Shown here: piece after piece, positions 22,101 through 31,956 of the stretch | How the letters are laid out: each line of letters starts with the position of its first letter | How positions within the stretch are numbered: position 1 is the stretch's first letter | Notes under the pieces: model-generated | Seen by the model: only the letters and a program-made list of their open reading frames with translations | What the model was told of the DNA's origin: nothing | Databases searched by the model: none | Program-made: the position numbers and the translations under genes | DNA from: a virus | Taxonomy: Duplodnaviria > Caudoviricetes | Strand: one strand, 5' to 3' | DNA length: 64,000 nucleotides | IMG/VR virus record: IMGVR_UViG_3300031867_004305 | Location: 96,001 to 160,000 of that record

Positions 22101-22518
22101 TGGCGGTAACCATACACACTCCCACACTTTATCTGTTTCTTCACATAACCATAGTTTTACTGTACCAGATCATAGACATTATAATGGAGCAAGTAGTGGT
22201 TTAAAGGGTAGCGGTTCAGGTACTGCTAGCGATGTAAACTATGATAGTGCTAGTCAAAAAACAACTTTTCATACTGGTGGTATCAACTTTACAAAAACAC
22301 CTGCTACTGGAACAACTGGTTCAGCATCTCCTTCTCTTTCTGGCAGTATTAGTTCTAGTACCTCACATTCTCATACTATTAGTGGTTCTGTGACTGTAAA
22401 TTCTACCAATAGCGGCCATAGCCACTCATTTTCTCTAACGGCATCTTATAAGGGTGATAGCTCAGTTTCTAACTTACAGCCATATGTAGTAGTTTATATT
22501 TGGAAACGTACAAGATAA
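19159..22518 (+). CDS. Long tail fibre (Mtd_N start, collar-like YPVGSIY domain, HxH needle tip)
   Basis: N-terminal KVGDG domain; C-terminal YPVGSIY...NLQPYVVVYIWKR with repeated HxH motifs. Confidence 0.7.
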   Translation: MAHNTIKTRIQLKNDTEAHWNLATNFIPREGEIIVYSADGSHPFSRLKVGDGNTNVVNLPFIDAGTINGSIPTFTDTNTTYTFSSLPNGDGIHILSSDDQIQIVESEPDSNGGIVVTIGENANEAIVRMNAASDAMRFLGTTSTSISDGNTTATITLGSTSHTATTGNVVVSNGVKYVWDGTAWRTLSSNLDTYFSQTGDMIYKDAQGIATLSIGQNGNFLMVNNGVPYWGSLSLPTATDTVSGITKLGATGGAATYSHSHGNINSDGTWSGGAGIIVADSNGTLSTATISPSSSESSTSTDKYVSNVTQDSSGSIAVTKSPLPEASTSTKGMVFLGASGGAARYEDIVTAAAIKQDLGIVTGDNSSAFLRKDGSWIVPDNTTYTAATNGGLALSGTAFSVAEGGITNGMLVGNISSGKLANDATITIGTQSIKVGNSFDLSTIAADLGITGSMTFVGITSTNLEDESTTSTLVEESTGSLTKRTNFIAGDVVISGHYEFIWTGSKWEKLGGDSSYKVLQDTAVSSPATVGTDTAFIATISQNVNGDITATKAAIPEASTSQRGIIQIATPDANGVVGSSDITANEKAAAGNHTHYYAGSATVGGPAAEVAQTLKLEFGPSNNTFSGVEDANQYTYKGDTAKTVRVVPGTDLEITASSNRVVINHAAAAEANGDALSTPNTAQTPAFGATFNIPVVKKNARGHITALDTTTVTIPAFPSLSDTDAYTGVLPITKGGTGTGVLNAGEAGSVVVRELSGETLSTRTIVNNTTPTAAVSSTGIPTMATLTNTLTKINGLSQSGDIGTNNSGIYAPTSAGSSGQFLKSSGTGAPTWETVTIPAITLNNAVTNSPNFYAPTTSGAAGDVLVSNGTSQAPSWSTFKSLVLETIYPVGSIYITTDATSPATLFGGTWDRYAQGRVLLGYSSSSVSDGTNSMTFDTLGATGGKFYVPGVVNHNHSITGSVGGSDGTHTHGSSMTGLSISGGNHTHSHTLSVSSHNHSFTVPDHRHYNGASSGLKGSGSGTASDVNYDSASQKTTFHTGGINFTKTPATGTTGSASPSLSGSISSSTSHSHTISGSVTVNSTNSGHSHSFSLTASYKGDSSVSNLQPYVVVYIWKRTR

Positions 22519-22529
22519 GGAGGTACATT

Positions 22530-22997
22530 ATGTATTATTTTCAAACAAAATCAGAAGATGAAGGATATGTAACCTTAATGGTAATGTACGCTCCTTCACA
22601 AGAGTTTCTAGAACAAGAGCTTAAAAATTCAAACTGTTATTATAGCGACAGTATAGAAGACGCAATCAAGCATTTTAACATTCAAATAAAAGATGGCTCT
22701 TTTTACATCCCCAACAAAGATGAAGAAGCCCTTAAATCAATAGGAGTTGCCGCGAACGAATCAAAAAATTTCCGCACCACTCTTAATTCCCTTCTAGCCG
22801 AAATGCCCAACTCCGAAGCATTACAAAATGTAATCCTCTTTCCGGCTTGGGCACCTGATACGCATTATGTTGCGGGCGAACGCATACGTTATGATAACAC
22901 TCTCTATCGTGTAATTCAAACCCATATTTCCCAACCTGACTGGTTGCCAAATATCGTAACCAGTCTATTTACACCAATCATTTTAGAAGCCGAATAA
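22530..22997 (+). CDS. Protein with CBM5/12-like module
   Basis: FPAW....Y.AGERIRY...LYRV.Q.H.SQ..W.P. Confidence 0.6.
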   Translation: MYYFQTKSEDEGYVTLMVMYAPSQEFLEQELKNSNCYYSDSIEDAIKHFNIQIKDGSFYIPNKDEEALKSIGVAANESKNFRTTLNSLLAEMPNSEALQNVILFPAWAPDTHYVAGERIRYDNTLYRVIQTHISQPDWLPNIVTSLFTPIILEAE

Positions 22998-23050
22998 ATT
23001 ACTTTAAATAAGCCAAAGCAAACTCCACCTCACATAACGAGGTGAGATAA

Positions 23051-23524
23051 ATGAAAAAAATCCTCGTCGCTCTAATCGCGGCTTTGCTTCTTTGCCCTGC
23101 GGTAAAAGGCATCCCAATTACCGACGAAGCCTTGACTCATTTAGGTAAGCCTTATGTATATGCGACAGCCGGTCCAAATACATTTGACTGTTCTGGCTTC
23201 ACTTGTTACTGCTATAAAGTAGTAGAGGAAGTAGAACTAAAACGTTCCGCGAGAGACCAAGGGTATGACGACTCATATGAAAAGATTGAAAGTGCAGAAA
23301 GCTTGATACCAGGAGATCTCGTCTTTTTCAACACTAATCAATCGGACCTAGACAAAAGCGACCACGCGGGTATGTATCTCGGGAACGGAGAATTTATTCA
23401 TTGTTCCTCTAGTAAAGGGAAGGTAGTAATTTCTTCTCTGCTTGAAGGATTTTATAATGAACATTTTTCTTGGGGTAGAAGAGTTATTACACGAACTACT
23501 AAAACTTATCCACATCGAAGATGA
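23051..23524 (+). CDS. Secreted NlpC/P60 cell-wall peptidase
   Basis: Signal peptide; LGKPYV...GP..FDCSG, PGDLVFF, HAGMYLG...FIH. Confidence 0.9.
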   Translation: MKKILVALIAALLLCPAVKGIPITDEALTHLGKPYVYATAGPNTFDCSGFTCYCYKVVEEVELKRSARDQGYDDSYEKIESAESLIPGDLVFFNTNQSDLDKSDHAGMYLGNGEFIHCSSSKGKVVISSLLEGFYNEHFSWGRRVITRTTKTYPHRR

Positions 23525-23540
23525 AGGAGGAACGATACCT

Positions 23541-24101
23541 ATGGCATATCAAGCAAAAACTTGGGTTGGGCGCGAGCTAATTAGGGCTACCGCGCTCAAC
23601 CATATTGAAGAAGGTATTGAAACTAATAGTGAAAAAATTGAAGCGTTGGAAGAATCCAGCGTTAGTTATAAAGAGCAACAAATTCTTACTGAACAAGAAA
23701 AATTGTTGGCTAGGGAGAATATCGGGGCGGCAGGAGCAGGAGAAGCAGGAATGGCCCAAAATGGAGTTGCTGCCGGCGGTGCTAGCGGCCAGATGCTTGT
23801 AAAAACATCTTTAACTGATTATGTTACTGGTTGGACAGATGTACCGCATACCAATGTTTTAAATCTTACTGTGCTAGCTAATGCGTGGCAAAATTCTAGT
23901 GTAACACTTACTGCGAACGGCGTCACGGCAAGTAATGATATAGTTGTAAGTATGAGTGAGAATATGACAGAAGCACAATATAATGCTGTGCGAGGAGCCG
24001 GTATTATATGTACAGCACAAGGTACAAATAGTATTACTCTAACTGCCTATGATGAAGTACCATCAATAAATATTCCTATTACTGTATTTATTTTACCATA
24101 A
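23541..24101 (+). CDS. Tail fibre-associated protein
   Basis: W...ELI.A..LNHIEEGI N-terminus; ARENIGA. Confidence 0.5.
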   Translation: MAYQAKTWVGRELIRATALNHIEEGIETNSEKIEALEESSVSYKEQQILTEQEKLLARENIGAAGAGEAGMAQNGVAAGGASGQMLVKTSLTDYVTGWTDVPHTNVLNLTVLANAWQNSSVTLTANGVTASNDIVVSMSENMTEAQYNAVRGAGIICTAQGTNSITLTAYDEVPSINIPITVFILP

Positions 24102-24116
24102 TAGGAGGGGAGATAA

Positions 24117-25691
24117 ATGGCAATTACAAGCATTTTCCCTTCTGGTAATAGCGGCAAAAAAATTAACGATGCTGTTATTACTTTGGTATCGAATAATTTT
24201 GTTTATGATGGTATAAAAAAGACACAACAAGTTTCTTCAGTTGTATTAAATGGGACTACATTGACACAAAATGTTGATTATGTGGTTGTTGGCAACAGAG
24301 CCACAAACGCAGGTACATATATGCTTTCTGTTCTTGGTGCGGGACACTATACAGGCACAGCATCTAGTAGTTGGAATATAGCAAAAGCACAAGGAAGTAT
24401 TGAAGTCGATACAAATAGTATGACTATACAGGGAGAAGGAACAGAAGAAACTGCGGAGTTTTCTGTGGTTGGAGACGGAACTGTGACGGTTAGTAGTAGT
24501 GATAGTAGCGTTGCGGTTGCGAGGATTGAAGAAAATAGAGTATATGTTGAGTGTGTGGGAAGTGGAGAAGCGAATATTACAGTTGTGTTGGGAGAAGGAA
24601 ATAATTATTTGGGAGCAAGTTGTGAGATTGCGGTGAGTTGTAGTACAGTACATATTTATGGGGTGAGTTGGGATAAATCCTCATCCACTGTGCTAACCCG
24701 CACGGATGATGCGGCATTGTTTACAGATCCGAATCCAGCTATCAACAACGGCACAGGTTCCAGTCCATTTGATAACATATTACCCTGGAGTGGTATGGTT
24801 AAAGAAACTATTGATGGTAATACGATGGTCAAGATACCCAAATTCTGGTACAAATGGACTGACGAGAACGGCGCATTAAAGTTACAGATTGCCGATGGGC
24901 CGCTGGATGGCTTCCACGTCTCTCCCGCCCATGCGGATCGCGGCGACGGCAAGGGCGAGCGGGATTACGTGTATGTGGGCCGCTACCATTGCGCCAGCGA
25001 CTACAAGTCCAAGACCGGCGCGTCCCCGAAGGTCAGCATCACCCGCGCCACCGCCCGCTCCGGTATTCAGGCGCTCGGCACCGGCTATTACATGTTCGAC
25101 TACGCCATGTGGTGGACCATCAACATGCTGTACCTGGTGGAGTTCGCCGACTGGGACTGCCAGAAGGCTATCGGCTACGGCTGCGGCGGCGGCACCGTCC
25201 GGAACACCGGCAACAGCGATGGCATGACCTACCACACCGGCACGCGGCAGAGCAGCCGCACCACCTACGGCGTGGGCGTGCAGTACCGCTGGATCGAGGA
25301 TTTGTGGGCCAATGTGTTTGACTGGATGGACGGCATCCGCTTCAACAACCGCGCGGTGTACGCCTACATCAAGCCCTCTGAGTACGGCAACTGCGAATCC
25401 AGCGGCGGCACTCAGGTGTTCTCCACAAGCGCCGATCTGAGCGGCTGCATCTCCGACTACAAGGTCCCCACCGTCTCCGGGCTGGAATGGGCGCTGTTCC
25501 CGAGCAAGGTCACTGGTTCGGACTACACCGTTTACGTTGCGGACTACTGCTACCTGAGCAGCGACAGCGTGGTCGCCTTCGTCGGCGGTTACTTCAACCA
25601 GTTCCGCTACTACGGCCTGTTCCACGTCGGCCGCAGCAGCGCGTCGGCCTCGGACGGCAGCATCGGCGCTCGACTCCAATACCTCCCCTGA
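24117..25691 (+). CDS. Adhesin: Ig-like domains plus C-type-lectin-fold C-terminus (DGR-target-like)
   Basis: MVKIPKFW, YVGRY, YRWIEDLW.NV..W and terminal VGG.....GLF......S.S...IGARL. The C-terminal half is GC-rich. Confidence 0.7.
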   Translation: MAITSIFPSGNSGKKINDAVITLVSNNFVYDGIKKTQQVSSVVLNGTTLTQNVDYVVVGNRATNAGTYMLSVLGAGHYTGTASSSWNIAKAQGSIEVDTNSMTIQGEGTEETAEFSVVGDGTVTVSSSDSSVAVARIEENRVYVECVGSGEANITVVLGEGNNYLGASCEIAVSCSTVHIYGVSWDKSSSTVLTRTDDAALFTDPNPAINNGTGSSPFDNILPWSGMVKETIDGNTMVKIPKFWYKWTDENGALKLQIADGPLDGFHVSPAHADRGDGKGERDYVYVGRYHCASDYKSKTGASPKVSITRATARSGIQALGTGYYMFDYAMWWTINMLYLVEFADWDCQKAIGYGCGGGTVRNTGNSDGMTYHTGTRQSSRTTYGVGVQYRWIEDLWANVFDWMDGIRFNNRAVYAYIKPSEYGNCESSGGTQVFSTSADLSGCISDYKVPTVSGLEWALFPSKVTGSDYTVYVADYCYLSSDSVVAFVGGYFNQFRYYGLFHVGRSSASASDGSIGARLQYLP

Positions 25692-25720
25692 CCCATCCCA
25701 CCCAACAAAAGGAGGACAAA

Positions 25721-27316
25721 ATGGCAATTATAAGCAATTTTCCCGCCGGTGGTGGCGGCAGTAAATCATTAAATAACGCCGTCATTACATTAGCTACTTC
25801 TAGCTTCGTGTATGACGGTACAGAAAAAAATCAACAAATACAAAGTGTTGTACTAAATGGCACAACATTACACGAAGGTGCGGATTACCTAGTTACTGGC
25901 AATTTGGCTACTGAAGCAGGTACGCATACTATTTCTGTGCTAGGTATTATGGATTATGGTGGCATAGCAACTGCGACTTGGAATATTGCTAAGGCACAGG
26001 GAAGTGTTAGTGTAGAGCCTAGTAGTTTGAAAGTGATTGGCAAAGGTAGCATTATAACAGCGACTATTAATACTGTTAGTAATGGTATTATTTCTGCTAG
26101 TAGTAGTGATGAAAATATAGTAACGGCGAGTGTTAGTGGGAATGTTTTAAGTGTGGTTTGTGTGGGAAATGGAGACGTGATTGTTACTGTCTCGCTTGGA
26201 GAGGAAAATAATTACCTTGGAGCAAGTTGTGAAGTAAATGTGACGTCGAGTTTGGTACATGTCTATGGAGTTAGTTGGGACAAGAGTGATACAACAATAC
26301 TTACTCGCACAGATGATGCGGCATTATTCATTGACCCCACGCCCGCCGTCGGCACCGGCAGCGGCAGTAGCCCGTTCGACGACATTCTACCTTGGTCTGG
26401 TATGGTGAAGGAGACCGTCGATGGTAACGTCATGGTGAAGATACCCAAGTTCTGGTACAAGTGGACGGACGAGAACGGAGTGCTAAAATTACAGATTGTC
26501 GACGGGCCATTGAACGGCTTCCATGTTAGTCCCGCCCATATGGATAGAGGTGACGGCAAGGGCGAACGCGACTACGTGTATGTGGGTCGCTACCACTGCA
26601 ACAGCGGCTACAAGTCCCAAACTGGTATGTCCCCAAGGGTTGGCGACACCCGAGCCTCCGCTCGCTCTGGTATCCAGGCGCTCGGCTCTGGCTACTATAT
26701 GTTCGACTTCGCCATGTGGTGGACAATTAACATGTTGTATCTGGTGGAGTTCGCCGACTGGGATTGCCAGAAGACCATCGGCAAAGGTTGCGGTAACAGC
26801 TACAACACCATCAGAAACACCGGTACCAGTGATGATGTGGCTTATCACACCGGCACACATCAGCCAAACCGCAATACCTACTATGAGGGCGTACAGTACC
26901 GCTGGATCGAAGATCTGTGGGCTGGTGTTTTTGATTGGATAGATGGCATCCGCTTCAGTGGTCGCAATGTCTACGCTTATATCAATCCCTCCGAGTATGG
27001 TAACTGCGAATCCAGCGGCGGTACACAGGTGTTCTCCACAAACGCTGATATGAGCAGCTGCATTTCCGACTACAACGTCCCCACCATCTCCGGGCTGGAA
27101 TGGGCTCTGTTCCCAAGCAAGGTAACTGGTGCTGTGAATTATACCTCTTACGTTGCGGATAGTTGCTCTCTGGACAGCAGCTCCGTGGTCGCCTATACTG
27201 GCGGTGGCTACTACTCCCAAGGCAGCAGCTACGGCTTGTTCCGTATCGGCAGCGGAGCCGCCAGCACGATAAACCCCAACGGCTACATCGGTGTCCGACT
27301 CCAATACCTTCCCTAA
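25721..27316 (+). CDS. Paralogous adhesin with C-type-lectin-fold C-terminus
   Basis: Tandem paralogue of 24117-25691; AGGAGG before ATG 25721. Confidence 0.7.
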   Translation: MAIISNFPAGGGGSKSLNNAVITLATSSFVYDGTEKNQQIQSVVLNGTTLHEGADYLVTGNLATEAGTHTISVLGIMDYGGIATATWNIAKAQGSVSVEPSSLKVIGKGSIITATINTVSNGIISASSSDENIVTASVSGNVLSVVCVGNGDVIVTVSLGEENNYLGASCEVNVTSSLVHVYGVSWDKSDTTILTRTDDAALFIDPTPAVGTGSGSSPFDDILPWSGMVKETVDGNVMVKIPKFWYKWTDENGVLKLQIVDGPLNGFHVSPAHMDRGDGKGERDYVYVGRYHCNSGYKSQTGMSPRVGDTRASARSGIQALGSGYYMFDFAMWWTINMLYLVEFADWDCQKTIGKGCGNSYNTIRNTGTSDDVAYHTGTHQPNRNTYYEGVQYRWIEDLWAGVFDWIDGIRFSGRNVYAYINPSEYGNCESSGGTQVFSTNADMSSCISDYNVPTISGLEWALFPSKVTGAVNYTSYVADSCSLDSSSVVAYTGGGYYSQGSSYGLFRIGSGAASTINPNGYIGVRLQYLP

Positions 27317-27333
27317 CAAAGGAGGTCTAACCT

Positions 27334-27663
27334 ATGAATTACATATTCGGAAACAAGGGTGAAATTGAAGTGCTAAAAACCAAAGGCGACTCTCATACCA
27401 ACCTCACCGGCTATCACTCCATCGAACAAGTCTATCCCGACCAAACTATCACCGACAACTTCCACATTGTCCGCAAAATAGATAGCAAGGAAGACATCGA
27501 GGGTAACTGCTATGATTGGTATGAAATCGACCGCCATTATCGCACTCAAGATAAAGCCACCCCACTTATAGAAAAAATAAACGCAAACATAGACTACATA
27601 AGTATGATGGCAGACATAGAACTACCGGAGGTGGAACCAAATGGAACACAGCCCGAAGTTTAA
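27334..27663 (+). CDS. Hypothetical tail-module protein
   Basis: RBS; A.IDYISMM motif preceding an XkdX-like gene. Confidence 0.55.
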   Translation: MNYIFGNKGEIEVLKTKGDSHTNLTGYHSIEQVYPDQTITDNFHIVRKIDSKEDIEGNCYDWYEIDRHYRTQDKATPLIEKINANIDYISMMADIELPEVEPNGTQPEV

Positions 27664-27769
27664 TAAAGTAAAAGACTACTATGATCGTGGCCTTTGGAAT
27701 GAAACTATGGTACGTAATGCCATCAATAAATGGATTACCGCAGAAGAAGCGGAAGAAATTTTAAAATAA
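27641..27769 (+). CDS. XkdX-like small protein
   Basis: MEHSPKFNKVKDYYDRGLWNETMVRNAINKWITAEEAEEILK, read manually (below the track cutoff). Confidence 0.7.
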   Translation: MEHSPKFNKVKDYYDRGLWNETMVRNAINKWITAEEAEEILK

Positions 27770-27825
27770 TTATACCGTGGGCCTTTTTGGCACCACGGTA
27801 TTTTTCTATATGGAGGCAAAGGAGA

Positions 27826-28251
27826 ATGGAATATATCACTACACGACGAATTAAGCACAAGCGTGGTGCCTGCGGGCAAGAACTCAACATCCCTCGTGGT
27901 ACCAAATTTGAATCTAAAAATGATATGATACTAGATAATTCTGGTCGTCTAATTTGCTTCACAACAAGCCAAATCGGCCACGAATACTTCGCACGCAATA
28001 ACGATAACATGGGTTTGCGGCGTGGTGCCTTAACCTACGCAATTGCTTTTAGTTCGCGTGCAAGAATGAATAATGAAAAAACACGCAGACAGCGTTTTAC
28101 AGATAAAGAAATCGAAACACTAGAAACCAAATGGTCTAAGTTCCTAGTTCCAGATATAGATGTAATTCTCTTCAACCACAACTTCTTTGAAGCAGAAATT
28201 ATGGAACTAGAACACATGGCCACTGAAATAAACATCAAAGTAAAGGAGTGA
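27826..28251 (+). CDS. Hypothetical protein
   Basis: AAGGAG before ATG 27826. Confidence 0.6.
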   Translation: MEYITTRRIKHKRGACGQELNIPRGTKFESKNDMILDNSGRLICFTTSQIGHEYFARNNDNMGLRRGALTYAIAFSSRARMNNEKTRRQRFTDKEIETLETKWSKFLVPDIDVILFNHNFFEAEIMELEHMATEINIKVKE

Positions 28252-28257
28252 TACATT

Positions 28258-28578
28258 ATGTATGCCGTTATGCACGGAGACGAAATCCTTTCTATATGCG
28301 AAAAACCCACCTACATCAAAGTGAAGCCAAGTACTGGCATATATATCGAAGCCACTCCAGAAGAAGCCTACGGCATCGCTGTGGCGGGAAAAGTTTATAA
28401 TTTGGGTGATAGAGTAATACTGGAAGGAGCAGATAGCGTCTATGTATTAGAGGATAACACAGGAGAATGGATTTATAAGAACTACCAGTCTCTACTACAA
28501 ACAAAACAGGAACTAGAAGAAAAAAATCAAGAACTAGTTGATTGTATCCTCGAAATGAGTGAAACAGTTTATTCATAA
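28258..28578 (+). CDS. Hypothetical protein
   Basis: RBS and ORF. Confidence 0.6.
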   Translation: MYAVMHGDEILSICEKPTYIKVKPSTGIYIEATPEEAYGIAVAGKVYNLGDRVILEGADSVYVLEDNTGEWIYKNYQSLLQTKQELEEKNQELVDCILEMSETVYS

Positions 28579-28589
28579 GGGGTGATATT

Positions 28590-28817
28590 ATGGCTGTAAA
28601 GAAAGTAGTTTATGGCTCTAGAACCCTTATAGACCTAACTCAAGATAATGTTACTAGCGATAAAATGTTAAAGGGTACTTTCGCTCATGATGCTTCGGGT
28701 CAAATAATAGAAGGCTCCATTGAAATTGCTACTGACGCAGAAGTAAGTGCCTATTTTGCAAATATAATTGAAATTGCTGGTGATACAGAAGTGAATACCT
28801 ATTTTGGTATTGGGTAA
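28590..28817 (+). CDS. Tail-associated protein
   Basis: KVVYG..TLIDLT.D, paralogous to 13251. Confidence 0.55.
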   Translation: MAVKKVVYGSRTLIDLTQDNVTSDKMLKGTFAHDASGQIIEGSIEIATDAEVSAYFANIIEIAGDTEVNTYFGIG

Positions 28818-28831
28818 GGAGGGATAAAAGC

Positions 28832-30550
28832 ATGGCAACTGATAATAAACTTATGACAGCTAGTCAAATAAAGGCTGTTACTGATACTAAACTCAATGCT
28901 AATAAAGTATATGATGGATTAGATAAAACTGAGGCTGGTTATGTTTTAGATGCAAGACAAGGCAAGATACTAAAGGAAATGGCGGAAAATAGCGTATCAA
29001 ATGTCACCATAAATGGGGATTACCTACAAGTAGGCAGTACCAATTTGACCATTCCCTACGCGACAAAAGCACAGAAGGATGCTAGCGGTAACACCATCAC
29101 AGAAACCTACGCTCCCATAGCTTCTCCTAACCTAACTGGCACTCCTACCGCTCCAACCGCAAATGCAGGCACAAATAGCACCCAAATTGCTACTACCGCG
29201 TTCGTTGCTAATGCGATAAGTGGTATGGCAGCCGCAGCCGAAGTGATGGCATTCAAAGGTACGATTAGCTCTGCGGCAGGCTTACCCGCAACCCACAAAC
29301 AAGGTTGGACTTATAAAGTTACTACCGCCGGCCAGTACGTTGGAGTACAGTGTGAAATTGGGGATATGATTATATGTATTGCAGACGGTACAGCCGCGAG
29401 CGATAGCGACTGGACTGTGGTTCAGGCAAACATAGATGGAGCAGTTATTGGCCCCGCAAGTGCGGTTGACAGCCGTATCGCAGTATTTGATGGAGCAACA
29501 GGCAAAGTAATAAAGGACAGTGGCTTTACCATAGGGACTTCCGTTCCTGCCAACGCAGTTTTTACCGATACCAATACCGACACACATCGTCCCATTCAAG
29601 TAAATGGAACCCAAGTGCTTGGAGATAATACAACTCCCTTAAATCTTGCGGCGGGTAGTAATGTTGGACTTGTAGAGAGTGAAGGAACCGTTACTATAAG
29701 TGCCACTGACACAACCTACGAAAGTAAGGCAGCAGCCGCGAATGGAACTGAAGTTTCGTTGGTTACTACTGGCGAGAAAGCGATATGGAACGCCAAAACC
29801 TCCAATGAAGGTACTGTTACTTCTGTTGCGACAGGAGTAGGTTTAGCGGGCGGAAGTATTACTACTAATGGTACTATAAAAGCAAAACTAAAAAGTGAAA
29901 CTGCTTTGACAAACAATGCGGTCGCCGCGACTGAAACCGCAGGTAGAGTGTATCCAGTTGCAGTGGATAGTAGCGGAGATTTAGCGGTGAATGTGCCATG
30001 GACGGATACTGATACTGATACTACTTATACTGCAGGTACTGGTATTGATATAACAAATGAGGTTGTTACTAATACAGGAGTACGAAGTGTTGCTTCTGGT
30101 ACTACAAATGGCACTATAAGTGTAAATACAAATGGAACTGATGCAGAAGTAGCGGTTGCGGGATTGGGGAATAGTGCTTATGCTAGTATTGCTAATAATT
30201 TGACTACTACCGTTGCTGGTTCGGTACTGGATGCTAGTCAAGGTAAGGAATTGAAAGACAGCGTTGATTTGAAATGCCGTAGATATGTATTCAGTGCTAC
30301 TTTGCCCACTACTGGATGGACTGAAGGAACTGACTTATATAGTATTAGTGTGACTGTAAATGGTATTTTAGCTAGTGATGAAGGTGGCGGTATCGGCACA
30401 GTACAAAGTGGCGTAGAGGAAACTGACGCTGAAATTAGAAGTTCATGGGCTAATGTTACTAGGGTTATTACAGCAAATGATAGTATTACTGTCTATGCGT
30501 TGGATGTGCCTACGGTAGCGGTTCCATTGAAGATAGAGGTGTTTAGATAA
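28832..30550 (+). CDS. Tail fibre protein
   Basis: SP.LTGTPTAPTA..GTNSTQIATTAFV motif; two LDA.QGK.LK repeats. Confidence 0.7.
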   Translation: MATDNKLMTASQIKAVTDTKLNANKVYDGLDKTEAGYVLDARQGKILKEMAENSVSNVTINGDYLQVGSTNLTIPYATKAQKDASGNTITETYAPIASPNLTGTPTAPTANAGTNSTQIATTAFVANAISGMAAAAEVMAFKGTISSAAGLPATHKQGWTYKVTTAGQYVGVQCEIGDMIICIADGTAASDSDWTVVQANIDGAVIGPASAVDSRIAVFDGATGKVIKDSGFTIGTSVPANAVFTDTNTDTHRPIQVNGTQVLGDNTTPLNLAAGSNVGLVESEGTVTISATDTTYESKAAAANGTEVSLVTTGEKAIWNAKTSNEGTVTSVATGVGLAGGSITTNGTIKAKLKSETALTNNAVAATETAGRVYPVAVDSSGDLAVNVPWTDTDTDTTYTAGTGIDITNEVVTNTGVRSVASGTTNGTISVNTNGTDAEVAVAGLGNSAYASIANNLTTTVAGSVLDASQGKELKDSVDLKCRRYVFSATLPTTGWTEGTDLYSISVTVNGILASDEGGGIGTVQSGVEETDAEIRSSWANVTRVITANDSITVYALDVPTVAVPLKIEVFR

Positions 30551-31956
30551 TGAGTGAGTTATTTATTACAGATCAATCAGGTGGCAAAAGTAATATTATT
30601 TCTCTTCAAGAAGCAACGATCACATTAGCAAATAATGAAAACTATGTTTATGATGGAACTGAAAAAACTAGAAGTATTGCTAGTATAGTTATCGACGGGC
30701 AGACGCTAGTTGAAGGAAGAGATTATATTGTAGTAGGAAATAAGGGTACTAATGCGGGAACTTATATTATAAGTGCTTTTGGTATTATGAATTATAATGA
30801 TGTAATCTCTGCTGAATGGACTATCGCAAAAGCACAAAGTTCTATTACTGCCACTCCTTCTGCTATGGAAATCCGTAGTATTGGTAACTCCGATACTTCA
30901 ACTATTACATATATTGGCGATGGTGAATTAAGTGTAAGTAGCAGTAACGAAGGTATTGCTACCGCTTCACTTGATGAAAATATAGTAACTGTTGAAGATG
31001 TTGGAGCAGGTAGTGCTACTATTACTATTACTATTTCAGAAGGCAGAAATTATTTAGGTACTACGGCTACTATTGATGTTACAACATTAGCGGTTTCTAA
31101 TATTTTAGAAGAAAATACCTGGGATAGTATTTCAAGAGTATCTAAAGCAGGTGAAGGAGCATTATATTGGAATGTAGGTGATTCCAAGGCTATTATTGTA
31201 AATGGAAAAATCGGTGATTATCTCACACTGAATAATCAAACTATGTATGTATTTATTCTAGGCTTCAATCACATAGATGGTGGCGTAGAAGATAATAATA
31301 TCATGTGGGGATGTTTTAAAAACGGTTCAAAAAATATAGGGTTACGTAGTGAAGGATATGGTAACTCTTATACTGATAGAGTAGATATGAATATGAATCA
31401 TTGGGGAAATTATAATTATGGAGGATGGAAAGGATGTGATTTACGCTATGACATTTTAGGTGCTACAGAAAAACGTCCTACTGACTATGGCACTCAAGTA
31501 TCACAATATTCTCGCCTCGGTTATAATGCTACGAATATTGTTTTTACTAATCCTAAAGCTAATACGCTTATGGCTGCTCTTCCTAATGATTTACGCAGTA
31601 TTATGCGATTACGCACCCATTATTGTGATAATCATGGAAGCGGTAATGATGGTTCATATTTTATAACTTCTGTTATAGACGGTATATCATTAATGATGGA
31701 ATTTGAAGTATTTGGAAGTCGTACTTCTGCTAATTCTTATGAAAAAGATAAGCAAACACAATTTACTTATTTTAAAAATGGTAATTCTAAAATTTGTTAT
31801 AGACATGATAATACTGGTAATACTATTACTTGTTGTCTTGGTTCTTCATATTCTGGTTATTCTGATAGATTTATAAGTATGGGAGATAGTTCTACATCTC
31901 CAAGTAATGGATATGCTAATATTGTGAGGGGAATCTTTTCAGTTTTTAAAACCTAA
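30550..31956 (+). CDS. Adhesin: shared Ig-like N-terminus plus DUF6273-like C-terminus
   Basis: N-terminus homologous to 24117/25721; NTW..I...S..G....YW.VGD.K. Confidence 0.55.
   Translation: MSELFITDQSGGKSNIISLQEATITLANNENYVYDGTEKTRSIASIVIDGQTLVEGRDYIVVGNKGTNAGTYIISAFGIMNYNDVISAEWTIAKAQSSITATPSAMEIRSIGNSDTSTITYIGDGELSVSSSNEGIATASLDENIVTVEDVGAGSATITITISEGRNYLGTTATIDVTTLAVSNILEENTWDSISRVSKAGEGALYWNVGDSKAIIVNGKIGDYLTLNNQTMYVFILGFNHIDGGVEDNNIMWGCFKNGSKNIGLRSEGYGNSYTDRVDMNMNHWGNYNYGGWKGCDLRYDILGATEKRPTDYGTQVSQYSRLGYNATNIVFTNPKANTLMAALPNDLRSIMRLRTHYCDNHGSGNDGSYFITSVIDGISLMMEFEVFGSRTSANSYEKDKQTQFTYFKNGNSKICYRHDNTGNTITCCLGSSYSGYSDRFISMGDSSTSPSNGYANIVRGIFSVFKT

Noticed and set aside
24882-27319. 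Long antisense and alternate-frame ORFs (24882-25727, 26489-27319; also 34033-35158 and 40659-41321)
   Set aside because: Shadows of GC-rich or repetitive + strand genes, with no RBS or recognisable motifs.
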